Shown here one piece after another: positions 1 through 9,836 of a DNA stretch of 64,000 nt. Origin of the DNA: an uncultured archaeon (GTDB lineage Archaea; Thermoproteota; Nitrososphaeria; JACIWG01); the NCBI GenBank assembly GCA_938034445.1, contig CALHLD010000014.1, forward strand, positions 4,907-68,906, given 5' to 3'. The position numbers and the translations under genes are program-made. The notes beneath the pieces were generated by a model. It searched no databases and had not been told where the DNA came from. It was given only the letters and a program-made list of their open reading frames with translations. Each line of letters starts with the position of its first letter. Position 1 is the first letter of the stretch.

Positions 1-1210
1 CCTCTCTGACCGGCATTCCATTAAATGGCCCACAATTTTCTTTCATTATCCCCGTATGAAATTCTTTACTATACACTATTTCTGTAGCCTTTTCAGCTTC
101 TCTATCATTCTGATCTCTTACCCTCATCTGCTCCACTATCTCAATAGCTGGATATTCTCCGAACCCTTCAACTTTAATTATTGAAATTGGTTTTATTTTG
201 TCAACTATTTTCTTTAAATTTTCGTTTGAACTTTTTTGTAAATCTCTTAACGCTAACCAATCATATGGTGCATGTGCTGGTACACTGTATACTACTCCTG
301 TACCGTATGCTGGATCAATAAATGTTGCAGGTAAAATTGGTACTTTATGGCCTGATAATGGGACAATACATTCCCTTCCTACAAGTTCTTTTCCATAAAA
401 GAACTCAATTATTTCAATTTTTCTTTCTTGTTCGACAAATTTAGTTAATGTTTCTTTGCTAACTATAAGATTCTTATCTCCCACTTTCACCTTTGCATAT
501 TCTCCATCCGGAAGTATCCAAACATTTGTAGCACCATAAATTGTTTCCGGTCTGAAGGTTGCTGCTGCTAAAAACGCATCATCAATTTTAAAAAACACAA
601 GATAAAATTCTTCAGGAGAAACTCCTTCTCCTTCTAGTCTATCATGATCCCCTGTAGGGCTTTGATCGAAGGGGCACCATACAACTGGATGGGATCCCCT
701 TATAACATACTTTTTATCCCTTAGTTTAAGATACTGCCATTCTATGAATTTACTGAATCCCTTATTATAACTTGTTGTAAAAAATTCTCTGCGCCAGTCT
801 ATAGAAAGTCCAAGTTCATATAAGGCTTCCTTGCTTACTTTTGTATAGTATTCTGCCAAGTTATAAGGTGACGTAAACTTCTCAACTTCATTAAGTGGTA
901 TTCCATCAATTTCTACGAATGCTCTAATTACTGCTGGGTCACCCTTTTTTAATCGAACTGATTGTCCAGCCACTGCTTCACCTGTCCAATGCCATGCAAA
1001 AGGAAATAAAACATTATAACCCTTCATTCTCTTGTATCTTGCAAAAGCATCTAATCTTGTGTAAGTAAATGCGTGACCAATATGTAATGGTCCATTCATG
1101 TATGGAAAAGGAGCGTTTACAAAAATTTTTTCTTTAGAATAATCTCTATCAGCTTCAAATACCTTGTCCTTTTTCCAAGCCTCTATCCATTTTTTTTCAT
1201 ATTGTAACAT
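1..1210 (-). CDS. leuS: Leucyl-tRNA synthetase, N-terminal ~400 codons (5' end of gene in window; ORF runs off the left edge)
   Basis: Own translation of the minus strand from ATG (1210..1208) is open to position 1: MLQYEKKWIEAWKKDKVFEADRDYSKEKIFVNAPFPYMNGPLHIGHAFTYTRLDAFARYKRMKGYNVLFPFAWHWTGE... Class I HIGH motif plus DWRREF, VVWCPFD, TFRPETIYGATNVW and SVPAHAPYDW blocks typical of archaeal-type LeuRS. Absent from ORF track because it is edge-truncated. Confidence 0.85.
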   Translation of the reverse strand, partial: MLQYEKKWIEAWKKDKVFEADRDYSKEKIFVNAPFPYMNGPLHIGHAFTYTRLDAFARYKRMKGYNVLFPFAWHWTGEAVAGQSVRLKKGDPAVIRAFVEIDGIPLNEVEKFTSPYNLAEYYTKVSKEALYELGLSIDWRREFFTTSYNKGFSKFIEWQYLKLRDKKYVIRGSHPVVWCPFDQSPTGDHDRLEGEGVSPEEFYLVFFKIDDAFLAAATFRPETIYGATNVWILPDGEYAKVKVGDKNLIVSKETLTKFVEQERKIEIIEFFYGKELVGRECIVPLSGHKVPILPATFIDPAYGTGVVYSVPAHAPYDWLALRDLQKSSNENLKKIVDKIKPISIIKVEGFGEYPAIEIVEQMRVRDQNDREAEKATEIVYSKEFHTGIMKENCGPFNGMPVRE

Positions 1211-3975
1211 TAACTGTTCACACTCTTCTCCTTTAAATACTCTATTAGTTTATCTTTTACTAGATTTAATTTATCAATATTTCTTCCTCCCCCTCTACCA
1301 AACCTCTTATCTCCACCAGCTGCTCCATTAAGTATCTTCGCTATAAAATTTGCAGTGTCTCTTGCGATAATATTTTTTTCCTGAGCCTGTTTGCCTGAAA
1401 ATACTACAACTTGAACAACATTGTTTAAAGGAATTAGTGCACAATAGAGTAAATCCTGTATTTCCTCTATCGCAGCACTACCGATTTCAATATGTGTGCT
1501 CTCATCTAAATCACTATCTACTATATAATACAATCTTATTCCTGAAAATGTTTCCGATTTTTCTCTAATGTAGGGTAACGAGTATTCAGATAATCTTTTT
1601 GAATACCTTTTTACCCTTTTCCTTGTCTCCTCATTTTCTCTAATAATTTTTTCAAGAGCTTCTGCTACTTTCTCTGTAGGTGTCTGCATTTTCCTTGATA
1701 TATCCTTTAATATTCCAAAAGCCTCCTGAACCTTTTCAAGAGCCGCTTTACCAGCCGCAAACACTATTCTTTCAATACCATCTTGAATATGCTCCACTTT
1801 AACTATCTTAATAAATCCAATTTCACCTGTGTTTAAAACATGTGTTCCTCCACATGCTTCCACATCATGATCTCCTATCTTTATTACCCTTATTTCTTTT
1901 CCTGGTACAACTCCACCCTGGTAAAGTCTGTAACCATACTTTCTTTCTGCCTCTAATCTAGGTAAATTATAAATTTCTACTTGAATATTCTTTCTTACTA
2001 TTTCATTAGCTATTTCCTCTATTCTTTTAATTTCTTCATCTGTAATATTTGTATAATGTGTAATGTCTAAACGTGCCTCTTTAACATCCTTTTGCGCTCC
2101 CGCTTGCCAAACATGTTCCCCTAAAACTTTCCTAGCAGCACCATTAATTATGTGTGTTGCAGTATGATGTATTGACAATTGCTCCCTCCTATCTTTATCG
2201 ACATATCCTGTAATTTCCGTGTTAGGAGGTGGCGTATACTCAACCTCATGCACAATTACCCCCCCAATCTTTTTAACATATCTGACAGCAGTCTCCCCGT
2301 CTTTCCAGGTGATTTTTCCGATATCAGACAGTTGTCCTCCACTTTCTGCATAAAATGCTGTTTTATCTAAAATCACATTATTCTTATGTACGTATATTAC
2401 TCTTGCATTAAACTGTAAAAGTTTCGGGTTTTCATAAAAAAGTTTTTCAGTAGGAGGAACCTTTTTTTCTAAAATTATTGTCTCAAGCTCATCTTTTTCT
2501 TCCACTTCTATTGTCTTTCTAGTATGCATTTTTATTATTGAAGAGAAAAAATCTTGTGGAATATTGCTGGTAAGTCCTAATCTCATTGCCTGCTCCTTGA
2601 GCTGCATAGGATGTATTCCATGTGACTCATATGCTTCGACAATCATTTCCTTAGGTACTTCCCTTTTTCCTTCTTTTAGTAAATTATTCAACTTTTTTGT
2701 AAGTATTTCCAACTCTCTCTCTAGTGTCCTCTTATATTTTTCAATTTCTATTTGCGCTAGTTTAAGTATCTCATTCCTATTAATTTCTATGTTCCTAAAA
2801 TATTTTCCCCAATAATCTATTTGATATTCTAGTAATTCAATAAGTTGGTTTTCTCGTTCAAATTCGGATAATATTCGATAAATTCTTCTTAACAACATTC
2901 TTGCCAAATATCCTGTTTTGACATTTGAAGGAACAACACCCTCAGCTAATAAGAAAATTAATGCTTTACTATGATCTAGAAGTGTACAAACTTTTTCAAA
3001 TGGCTCTATCCTCTTTATGTATTCGTTAACTGAAAAGCCAAGTCTTTTTGCTATCAACTCTCTAGTCTGCCTTGATAAGTTAGGTTTCTCCACATTTAAT
3101 GCTCCTGAAAGTTTTCCTGTTTCCACTAAAATTCTATTTTCACATTCCACTTCCATTATTTTCATAAATTTTGGTAAAAGATGTCCATATATTGCATGAA
3201 ATGCTGTTGGTGTTCCTAAACTGAGCCAAGCCCATCTCTCTAATCCATATCCTGTATCGACTGTCCGGACGATTGTGGGTACCCACTCTCCATTTTCCAT
3301 TTTATAGGACATAAAAACTAAAGTTGAGATTTCAAGCCCATCAACGACAGCTTCAACGGCTGGCCCTGCATTCCCCCCTCCTGACCAAAGGTGTTCTTTA
3401 TAGGAAATTTTATCACTTTTAACTCCGAAAACCTTTGTAATAAGTTCATGATGATATTCTACTGTTTTATCTTTCCAGTAGACTTCCTTTTCTGGGTAGT
3501 TGAATGCATGTGCTCCCCCCATTTCAAATATTGTTAGGTGTCTTCCTGAGGTGATACCTACATTATCTATGTCCTCAAATCGTAGACAAGGTTGGCTAAC
3601 AACTAAGGGGTTTGCTGGTGGCGGAATCTCACCATTTGTTACATATGGTTGAAAATCTACTATACTTGCGATTGTAACTAGAAGGTCATCTCTCCATCTA
3701 CAGACTACAGGGTAAGGTTCAATTATAGTATGCCCGTTTTTATTGAAAAAGCTGATGAATGCTTCTCTAACTCCATTTAAGTCTAGATGAAGAATTGTTG
3801 GAGCATTTCCTATAAACGTGTTTTCAACACATGGGCTTTCTCCACAAACATCAGAAATTCTTTGTGACCAAAAGTATGTACCACAAACTTTACACTTTTG
3901 CCTAATAAACCCATTCTTTTTAAAGTACTCTAACTCAAATTCTTTTGGATCAACAGCCATTACGTTGATACCCAC
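1210..3975 (-). CDS. alaS: Alanyl-tRNA synthetase
   Basis: 921-aa ORF. Class II catalytic core. Editing-domain zinc motifs HxxxH (HTATHI) and CxxxH (CGGTHV). C-terminal Gly-rich DHHA1-like tail. Length and architecture match archaeal AlaRS. Confidence 0.93.
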   Translation of the reverse strand: MGINVMAVDPKEFELEYFKKNGFIRQKCKVCGTYFWSQRISDVCGESPCVENTFIGNAPTILHLDLNGVREAFISFFNKNGHTIIEPYPVVCRWRDDLLVTIASIVDFQPYVTNGEIPPPANPLVVSQPCLRFEDIDNVGITSGRHLTIFEMGGAHAFNYPEKEVYWKDKTVEYHHELITKVFGVKSDKISYKEHLWSGGGNAGPAVEAVVDGLEISTLVFMSYKMENGEWVPTIVRTVDTGYGLERWAWLSLGTPTAFHAIYGHLLPKFMKIMEVECENRILVETGKLSGALNVEKPNLSRQTRELIAKRLGFSVNEYIKRIEPFEKVCTLLDHSKALIFLLAEGVVPSNVKTGYLARMLLRRIYRILSEFERENQLIELLEYQIDYWGKYFRNIEINRNEILKLAQIEIEKYKRTLERELEILTKKLNNLLKEGKREVPKEMIVEAYESHGIHPMQLKEQAMRLGLTSNIPQDFFSSIIKMHTRKTIEVEEKDELETIILEKKVPPTEKLFYENPKLLQFNARVIYVHKNNVILDKTAFYAESGGQLSDIGKITWKDGETAVRYVKKIGGVIVHEVEYTPPPNTEITGYVDKDRREQLSIHHTATHIINGAARKVLGEHVWQAGAQKDVKEARLDITHYTNITDEEIKRIEEIANEIVRKNIQVEIYNLPRLEAERKYGYRLYQGGVVPGKEIRVIKIGDHDVEACGGTHVLNTGEIGFIKIVKVEHIQDGIERIVFAAGKAALEKVQEAFGILKDISRKMQTPTEKVAEALEKIIRENEETRKRVKRYSKRLSEYSLPYIREKSETFSGIRLYYIVDSDLDESTHIEIGSAAIEEIQDLLYCALIPLNNVVQVVVFSGKQAQEKNIIARDTANFIAKILNGAAGGDKRFGRGGGRNIDKLNLVKDKLIEYLKEKSVNS

Positions 3976-4064
3976 ATCAACATACTAATATAGTCTTTTC
4001 TCTTTAAAAAAGGAAAATCTTTTAAATACTAGTCCATTAAGCAGTTATGCAGAGCTGATTAAAA

Positions 4065-4379
4065 ATGGAATACGTATATGCTGCATTAATATTGCATAGG
4101 CTTGGTAAGGAAATAAATGAAGAAAATGTTGCTAAAATCATTTCTGCCGCAGGAGTTGAACCTAATCAAGTAAAAATAAAAGCGCTTATTGCTGCCTTAA
4201 GTGAAGTCAATATCGATGATGCACTAAAGTCTGTCTCCTCAATTCCAATTGCGTCTGTTAGTGTAACGTCTACTACACAAGCACAGCCTAGTGAGGAAAA
4301 GAAGGAGAAAGAGAAGGAAAAGGAAAAAGAAGCCGCTCAAGAAGAGGCTGTAGAAGGACTAGCTGCCTTATTCGGGTAA
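4065..4379 (+). CDS. rpl12: Ribosomal stalk protein P1 (aL12)
   Basis: 104 aa. N-terminal [11 protein letters not shown] dimerisation helix, Ala/Ser-rich hinge, KEKEKE acidic region and terminal GLAALFG, the canonical archaeal P1 tail. Confidence 0.92.
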   Translation: MEYVYAALILHRLGKEINEENVAKIISAAGVEPNQVKIKALIAALSEVNIDDALKSVSSIPIASVSVTSTTQAQPSEEKKEKEKEKEKEAAQEEAVEGLAALFG

Positions 4380-4380
4380 A

Positions 4381-5244
4381 TCAATTATATCCTTTTTCTT
4401 TCAATTTTTCATAAATTTGTCTCCCTATTACCTCATATTTTTGTAATAAGGTTGAAGCATTTTCTTTTGTAATATATTCTGCATTCAATGCTAGGTTATA
4501 TGCTTGCTGATGCGCTCTGTATAATATTTCTGAAATAGTTTCTTTTATAAAATAGTTTGAATTTATAGAAAGGTTTTTTGCTTCTAAGTAAGCTGACTGT
4601 ATTTCGTTTCTGATTTTGTCTAGGTCGAGTATAAGGTTATCCTCTGATAATATAATACCATCCATGAATGCAAAGGATATAGTTAGTCCTGCTTTTATTG
4701 GCTTAATGTTAAGCTTGCTCAGTAAACCTGCCAGCTTAGGTGATATTGTATCACCCTTTTTTGCTACTATGGTATCTTTTGTAATCCATATGCTTCCACT
4801 GTCAATCTTTGTTGGCACACCAACTTCCTTAAATTCACTGAGTATTGGCCCCGGTTGTAATCCTGTATTTCCCGCTGGTATTACTATATCGTCTGTAGCA
4901 ATATCTCCTGCTTTTGCAGGCAGGGGAACCTTATTTTTAGATAATAATATTGAAAGCTTAAATGGGTTCTGATTTGTGAAAATTAATAAATTTTGTCCCT
5001 TAAATTTTTCCTCTAATTTTAAATCAAAGCCAAACTTTGTTCCCATTAATGCTTTTAAAGCTATCTTATTTTTTACAACAAAAAATTTTGCATCATTCCT
5101 TAACATTTTCCTTAACATCATTAACTGTACTGAACGTACTTTCTCTAATCTAGAAATACATAAGTAACTATAATTTTGCGCATATGTTCTTATCTGAGAA
5201 AACATTTTTTCCTTCTTTAACGGGTATGTGCTTCGGCCACTCAT
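4381..5244 (-). CDS. rpl10: Ribosomal stalk protein P0 (uL10)
   Basis: 287 aa with L10 N-domain and repeated P1-binding helices. Ends ...KLKEKGYN without the acidic GLxALFG tail usually shared with P1. Confidence 0.85.
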   Translation of the reverse strand: MSGRSTYPLKKEKMFSQIRTYAQNYSYLCISRLEKVRSVQLMMLRKMLRNDAKFFVVKNKIALKALMGTKFGFDLKLEEKFKGQNLLIFTNQNPFKLSILLSKNKVPLPAKAGDIATDDIVIPAGNTGLQPGPILSEFKEVGVPTKIDSGSIWITKDTIVAKKGDTISPKLAGLLSKLNIKPIKAGLTISFAFMDGIILSEDNLILDLDKIRNEIQSAYLEAKNLSINSNYFIKETISEILYRAHQQAYNLALNAEYITKENASTLLQKYEVIGRQIYEKLKEKGYN

Positions 5245-5900
5245 TCTCTAACACCTACCAACATTTCAATCGGCTTTGACATAGTAAGTTTCAAATAAAT
5301 CTTTTTAATATTTCTTTCTCCCTCAGGTAATTTTCTTTCTATAGCATTATAGACTGCAAGTGCATTTTCAGCAATTTGCTCTTCTGTAAGTGATTCATCA
5401 CCAATTTTAGCTGCTACCGAAAGTTGTGCGCGTGTTCTTACTCTAATTGAATTCCTATGTTTTTGGATTATATCTTCTAAGGGAGTAGCTGGTGCTACTG
5501 GGATAGGCATCTTACCACTAGGTCCTAAAAATTGGCCTAAAACTTTTCCAACTCTACTCATAAGCGTTGGGTCTGCAAAAAAGAAGTCGTATTCTTTAGC
5601 TAATTTCTTAGCCTCCTTTTTATTACCTTGAAGTTTATCTAATTGTTCAGGTTCTAATACCAAATCTGCTCCTGCATTTTTAGCCTTTAATGCAAGTTCA
5701 CCTGTTCCAATAAAACATATCTTTTTAGGTGTACCTGAATAGTACGGCAATTGTATAATCTCATTGATTGTCACATTCTGTTTCTTAAAATCTATGTCTT
5801 TTAATGCGATTATAAGTTCATAGGATTGTTTAAAATTTCTTCTAGCAGCATTATTCTTTACTGTTTTTACCAATGAAATCATTTGGTTTTTTGTAATCAA
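5241..5900 (-). CDS. rpl1: Ribosomal protein uL1
   Basis: 219 aa. Overlaps P0 start by 4 nt. L1 family similarity and position in the L11-L1-L10 cluster. Confidence 0.9.
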   Translation of the reverse strand: MITKNQMISLVKTVKNNAARRNFKQSYELIIALKDIDFKKQNVTINEIIQLPYYSGTPKKICFIGTGELALKAKNAGADLVLEPEQLDKLQGNKKEAKKLAKEYDFFFADPTLMSRVGKVLGQFLGPSGKMPIPVAPATPLEDIIQKHRNSIRVRTRAQLSVAAKIGDESLTEEQIAENALAVYNAIERKLPEGERNIKKIYLKLTMSKPIEMLVGVRE

Positions 5901-5939
5901 GGTTATTCACGACAACCTTCATCCAAAGGTTCCCCATTT

Positions 5940-6449
5940 TTAAAATTTTGCTTTTTGCAACCACCTATCTATTTCATTATCGTATTTTCCTTCTTTAATT
6001 TCTTTGAGAACCTGCTTCGGTGGCTTATTATCCACTTTAATACCCATACTAACACAGGATCCAAGAATCTCGCATGCTGCTGATTTTAATGTGGAAGAGT
6101 ATGATTTTTGCATGCATATACCCGCTATTTTAAGTAATTGTTCGAATGTTATGTTTCCGACAAAATCTCTTCCAGGTGTACCAGAACCTTTTTCTATTTT
6201 CGCCTCCTTTGCAAGTAAAGCTGAAATTGTAGGTATTCCTACTTTTATATTATAGGATTTCGTTTCTATATCCACTTCTATAGTTACTGGTACACGCATT
6301 CCAGCATATTCCTTAGTCATTTCATTTATTTCTTTAACAATTGCTACTACATTAACTCCTAAAGGTCCAAGTGCAGGTCCTATTGGCGGACCAGCTGTCG
6401 CCTCTCCTCCCGTTATTAAAACATTTACTGTTTTCTTTTCACCCAACAT
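5940..6449 (-). CDS. rpl11: Ribosomal protein uL11
   Basis: 169 aa. TGGEATAGPPIGPALGPLGVN motif typical of L11 N-domain. Confidence 0.92.
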   Translation of the reverse strand: MLGEKKTVNVLITGGEATAGPPIGPALGPLGVNVVAIVKEINEMTKEYAGMRVPVTIEVDIETKSYNIKVGIPTISALLAKEAKIEKGSGTPGRDFVGNITFEQLLKIAGICMQKSYSSTLKSAACEILGSCVSMGIKVDNKPPKQVLKEIKEGKYDNEIDRWLQKAKF

Positions 6450-6452
6450 TAA

Positions 6453-6899
6453 TCACCCTTTTTTAGTTGATTTTAAATAGCTTGCGTCCACAGTCAATGT
6501 AAGTGGATATGGTGCATCTAAAAGCATTACTGTAACCTCCATCTTTGTTAAATCTATTTTAGTTATTTTTGCTTTCATTCCCTTAAACGGTCCCATAACT
6601 ATATCAACAACTTCTCCTATTGTATATTCTGCTATCGCAGGCTTTTTAATTAGAAGCTTATCGAAATCTTCTAACTTAAGTAATCCTGGGACAAGTTCCT
6701 TTATGTGTTTTACTCCCGATATTGCCTCTCTCACCTCCTGTCCGCTCTTGGCCTCAATAATTAGGTATCCCTTCTGTGAAGGTATATGTATTATGCAATA
6801 TATTTCATTCTTGTTAAAAACGGCGTTCTTGTAGATAAACTCTGCAACATTATCTTCTTGGCCGCCTGTGGTTCTGACTGCAAAAAACTGGCTTTCCAT
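6453..6899 (-). CDS. spt5: Transcription elongation factor Spt5 (NusG)
   Basis: 148 aa. NGN domain followed by KOW motif (GEVVDIVMGPFKGMKAKI). Conserved secE-nusG-L11 context. Confidence 0.88.
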   Translation of the reverse strand: MESQFFAVRTTGGQEDNVAEFIYKNAVFNKNEIYCIIHIPSQKGYLIIEAKSGQEVREAISGVKHIKELVPGLLKLEDFDKLLIKKPAIAEYTIGEVVDIVMGPFKGMKAKITKIDLTKMEVTVMLLDAPYPLTLTVDASYLKSTKKG

Positions 6900-6908
6900 A
6901 AATCCTTT

Positions 6909-7085
6909 TTACCTCCTCCCAAGGGTTAAAAAGCTTGCCACAACCTTTATTATAAAACCTATTCCTCCAACAACACCTATTCCAATAAGTATTAATTTAA
7001 GATAAAGTTTAAATTCTTCGAATGTTGTCTTTTTTGTTAAACGTAAAGTGTTTATAACAGAGTTTATAAATTCTCTAATGCTCAT
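6909..7085 (-). CDS. secE: Preprotein translocase subunit SecE (Sec61 gamma)
   Basis: 58-aa ORF below the track's 60-aa cutoff, found by own translation: MSIREFINSVINTLRLTKKTTFEEFKLYLKLILIGIGVVGGIGFIIKVVASFLTLGRR. Basic amphipathic N-terminus plus a single C-terminal TM helix. Sits immediately upstream of nusG as in most archaea. Confidence 0.8.
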   Translation of the reverse strand: MSIREFINSVINTLRLTKKTTFEEFKLYLKLILIGIGVVGGIGFIIKVVASFLTLGRR

Positions 7086-7122
7086 CAATCATCACTCATA
7101 AACCCCCTATTTTTACATATTA

Positions 7123-7938
7123 TTATACCTTTAAAAATTCTATAGAATATTTATCAAAGAATGAGATAAGTTCAGCCAATTTTTTTGACGATATACCTTT
7201 TTTATCTACAAGTGCTCTTGGTTTATTTAATAAGCTCTTTTTAAAAAGTTCAAATAAAAGCTCTTGATCAATATGTTCAAGCGCATATTTTGGAACCATA
7301 TGTCCTATAGCAACATTCTCTTTTCTTATATAATATGAGAATGCTGGCGCATAATGTCCCCCTCCAAAGCCCACAAAAGCCTCTTTTTTTGTAACTTCAT
7401 TTTGGGCCAATGTAATGTAAAGTGCTTCCGCGATCTTTTCACCCAATCTTTTATCTGACCAATGCTTTATATCACTCCCAATCTCTACAAAGAAAAGTGG
7501 AACCTCAATTTCAGTTGGTCCATGATGTGTGACCTCCAATGATACATGTAACCTCTCTTCCCACTTCCCTAGAATGTTAAATAAATTTAGAAAATATTCA
7601 GACATATACCATGGATTAGTGTATGAAATATGCTTAGCTTCTCCACCATATTTTATTTCATTTGATAAATTTCCTGTGGGGTGAACTGTTAATGAACTTA
7701 ACCCTTTGCTGCTTGTATGCTTTGACAATATAATAAGAAGATCAGCATCATATTTTATGTTTAATTTGTCTAAAAATATAGTTTCTATATCCACATAAAT
7801 AAGCTTAATTTTCTTTCTTTCAAACACCTTAAATTCTGTATCCACAGTTTTCTCAGATAATTGAAATTTTTCTATTACATTTTCTGCAATATTTAGGCTG
7901 GCTGGATCCTTATTTGATGCAACAAAAATTATTCTCAA
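7123..7938 (-). CDS. dtdA: D-aminoacyl-tRNA deacylase, archaeal type (DtdA)
   Basis: 271 aa. EVTHHGPTEIEVPLFFVEIGS and GGGHYAP blocks match the archaeal DTD family (PF04414). Confidence 0.8.
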   Translation of the reverse strand: MRIIFVASNKDPASLNIAENVIEKFQLSEKTVDTEFKVFERKKIKLIYVDIETIFLDKLNIKYDADLLIILSKHTSSKGLSSLTVHPTGNLSNEIKYGGEAKHISYTNPWYMSEYFLNLFNILGKWEERLHVSLEVTHHGPTEIEVPLFFVEIGSDIKHWSDKRLGEKIAEALYITLAQNEVTKKEAFVGFGGGHYAPAFSYYIRKENVAIGHMVPKYALEHIDQELLFELFKKSLLNKPRALVDKKGISSKKLAELISFFDKYSIEFLKV

Positions 7939-8885
7939 ATTTTGATTTCACTTTCTTCTAGAAGCAGTAAACATAATAGTCCCTTCTGCACATGTAATCT
8001 GTTTTCTGCTTGGTCAAATACTACTGAGTTTATGCTATCTATCACATCATCTGTAACCTCTTGGTTTCTATGGGCTGGTAAACAGTGCATAAAAATAAAA
8101 TTGCTTTTTGCTTGTTCAACTAACTTTCTGTTAATCTGATATTTTGGCAAAAAAATTTTAAGTCTTCTTTCTTCTTCCTTCTCTTGCCCCATGGAAATAA
8201 ATGTATCTGTGTAGATTATATCCACATCCTTTACAGCTTCCTTAGGCTCGTCAAAAAAGACTATCCTGCTTCCATTATTTTCTGCAACTTTTAAAGCAAA
8301 ATTTATCACATCAGCTGATGGCATATATTCTTTAGGACATGCAATATTAACGTCTATTCCAACATGAGCACAGCCAATAATTAATGTATTACATACATTG
8401 TTTCCATCACCAACGTATGCGAGTTTCAATCCCTTAAATTTCCCTTTTTTTTCTTTAATTGTAAAAAGGTCTGCCAATATCTGACATGGGTGATACTTAT
8501 CAGATAAACTGTTTATAACTGGCACAGATGCTGCACTTGAAAGTCTTATAATATGATCGTGAGAAAATACTCTTGCTGCAATCACATCACAATATCTTGA
8601 AAGTACTCTTGCTGTATCCTCTATTGTTTCACCCCTTCCAAGTTGTAGTTCATTTGATGTCACATCTATGCAATGTCCTCCTAGTTCATGCATCGCTTCA
8701 TTAAAGCTTATCCTTGTTCGTGTACTTGGCTTCATAAATATTGAAACCAGCGTTTTTTCTTTCAAAAGTTTAGGATATTTTCCTTTTTTCCTTTTTTCCT
8801 TCAATTTTGCAGAAATGTCAAGTATCTTTAGTATTTCATTTTGATTTAACTCCATTAAAGATAATATCGATTTTCCTTTTAACAT
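7935..8885 (-). CDS. argF: Ornithine carbamoyltransferase
   Basis: 316 aa. STRTR carbamoyl-phosphate motif and HCLP (ornithine-type, not the HPLP of ATCase). Overlaps dtdA start by 4 nt. Confidence 0.85.
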   Translation of the reverse strand: MLKGKSILSLMELNQNEILKILDISAKLKEKRKKGKYPKLLKEKTLVSIFMKPSTRTRISFNEAMHELGGHCIDVTSNELQLGRGETIEDTARVLSRYCDVIAARVFSHDHIIRLSSAASVPVINSLSDKYHPCQILADLFTIKEKKGKFKGLKLAYVGDGNNVCNTLIIGCAHVGIDVNIACPKEYMPSADVINFALKVAENNGSRIVFFDEPKEAVKDVDIIYTDTFISMGQEKEEERRLKIFLPKYQINRKLVEQAKSNFIFMHCLPAHRNQEVTDDVIDSINSVVFDQAENRLHVQKGLLCLLLLEESEIKI

Positions 8886-8924
8886 CTAATTCATAAACAC
8901 TAAAAATAAACCTTTAAAAAAGTT

Positions 8925-9833
8925 TTACTCCCTTAAAAGCATATTGTCCACTAGTTTCTCTGGAATAAATTCTTCGAGATCATCATAATTTTGTCCTGTT
9001 CCTATAAATAGAATTGGTTTTCTCGTAGCATGAACTATAGAAATTGCACTTCCACCCTTTACGTCAGCATCCATCTTAGTTAATATGACGCCATCAAAAC
9101 TTGTATACTTTAAAAACTCTTTACTTTGTGACACTGCATCATTTCCTGCAAGTGCATCGCCTACAAAAATTTTTATGTCAGGCGATACTACCCTAACAAT
9201 CTTCAGGAGTTCGTCCATCAAATTTTTGTCTGTCTGTATTCTGCCAGCGGAATCTATTAACACAACATCAATTTTATGTGTTTTAGCGTAAATAACTCCG
9301 TCCCTGGCGACAGCCGCTGGATCTGCCCCATACTTTTGTTCAATTGTTTTAAGTCCTAATTTTATGGCATGTTGCTTTAGTTGTTCTATTGACCCTGCTC
9401 TATGTGTATCTCCACATACAAGGACAACAGAATAGCCTTTTTTCTTTAATAAATATGCAACTTTTGCCAAAGTTGTGGTTTTACCTGTTCCATTAATTCC
9501 TAGAAACAGCATTACAAATGGTAAATTTAATTTCTTTTTTTCATTTATCCTTTCTATAATATCAATTTTAGGTGTATCATAAAATATCTTAAGAAGAATT
9601 TGTCTAAGATTTTCTTTAATAATACCCTTTAATTCGGAGGTAGACGCTTTTTTACCCAATAACATGTTTTTAAGACTTTCACTAATTTCTACAGCAACCT
9701 CATAGGCTACATCGCATTCAACTAACGATAATATCATCTCCTCTAATACTTTATTTATTTCTTTTTCTGAAAGTTCATGTCTTGATAAGGTAGAAATTAT
9801 ATGGGTAAATGTATTTCTTAACTTTTCAAACAA
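8925..9833 (-). CDS. ftsY: Signal recognition particle receptor FtsY
   Basis: 302 aa. SRP-GTPase NG domain with GINGTGKTTT P-loop, DTHRAG and TKMD motifs. Confidence 0.9.
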   Translation of the reverse strand: MFEKLRNTFTHIISTLSRHELSEKEINKVLEEMILSLVECDVAYEVAVEISESLKNMLLGKKASTSELKGIIKENLRQILLKIFYDTPKIDIIERINEKKKLNLPFVMLFLGINGTGKTTTLAKVAYLLKKKGYSVVLVCGDTHRAGSIEQLKQHAIKLGLKTIEQKYGADPAAVARDGVIYAKTHKIDVVLIDSAGRIQTDKNLMDELLKIVRVVSPDIKIFVGDALAGNDAVSQSKEFLKYTSFDGVILTKMDADVKGGSAISIVHATRKPILFIGTGQNYDDLEEFIPEKLVDNMLLRE

Positions 9834-9836
9834 TCT

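Noticed and set aside
198-398. 66-aa plus-strand ORF in the track
   Set aside because: Lies antisense inside the leuS coding region, which is open on the minus strand through the whole 1-1210 interval. Composition is typical of an antisense artefact.
2179-3199. Four 60-83-aa plus-strand ORFs inside alaS
   Set aside because: All are antisense to a 921-aa gene with strong family motifs. Low-complexity S/L/F-rich translations.
4290-4350. GA-rich low-complexity repeat (GAAAAGGAGAAAGAGAAGGAAAAGG)
   Set aside because: This is the coding sequence for the KEKEKEKE acidic hinge of P1, not a CRISPR or microsatellite element.
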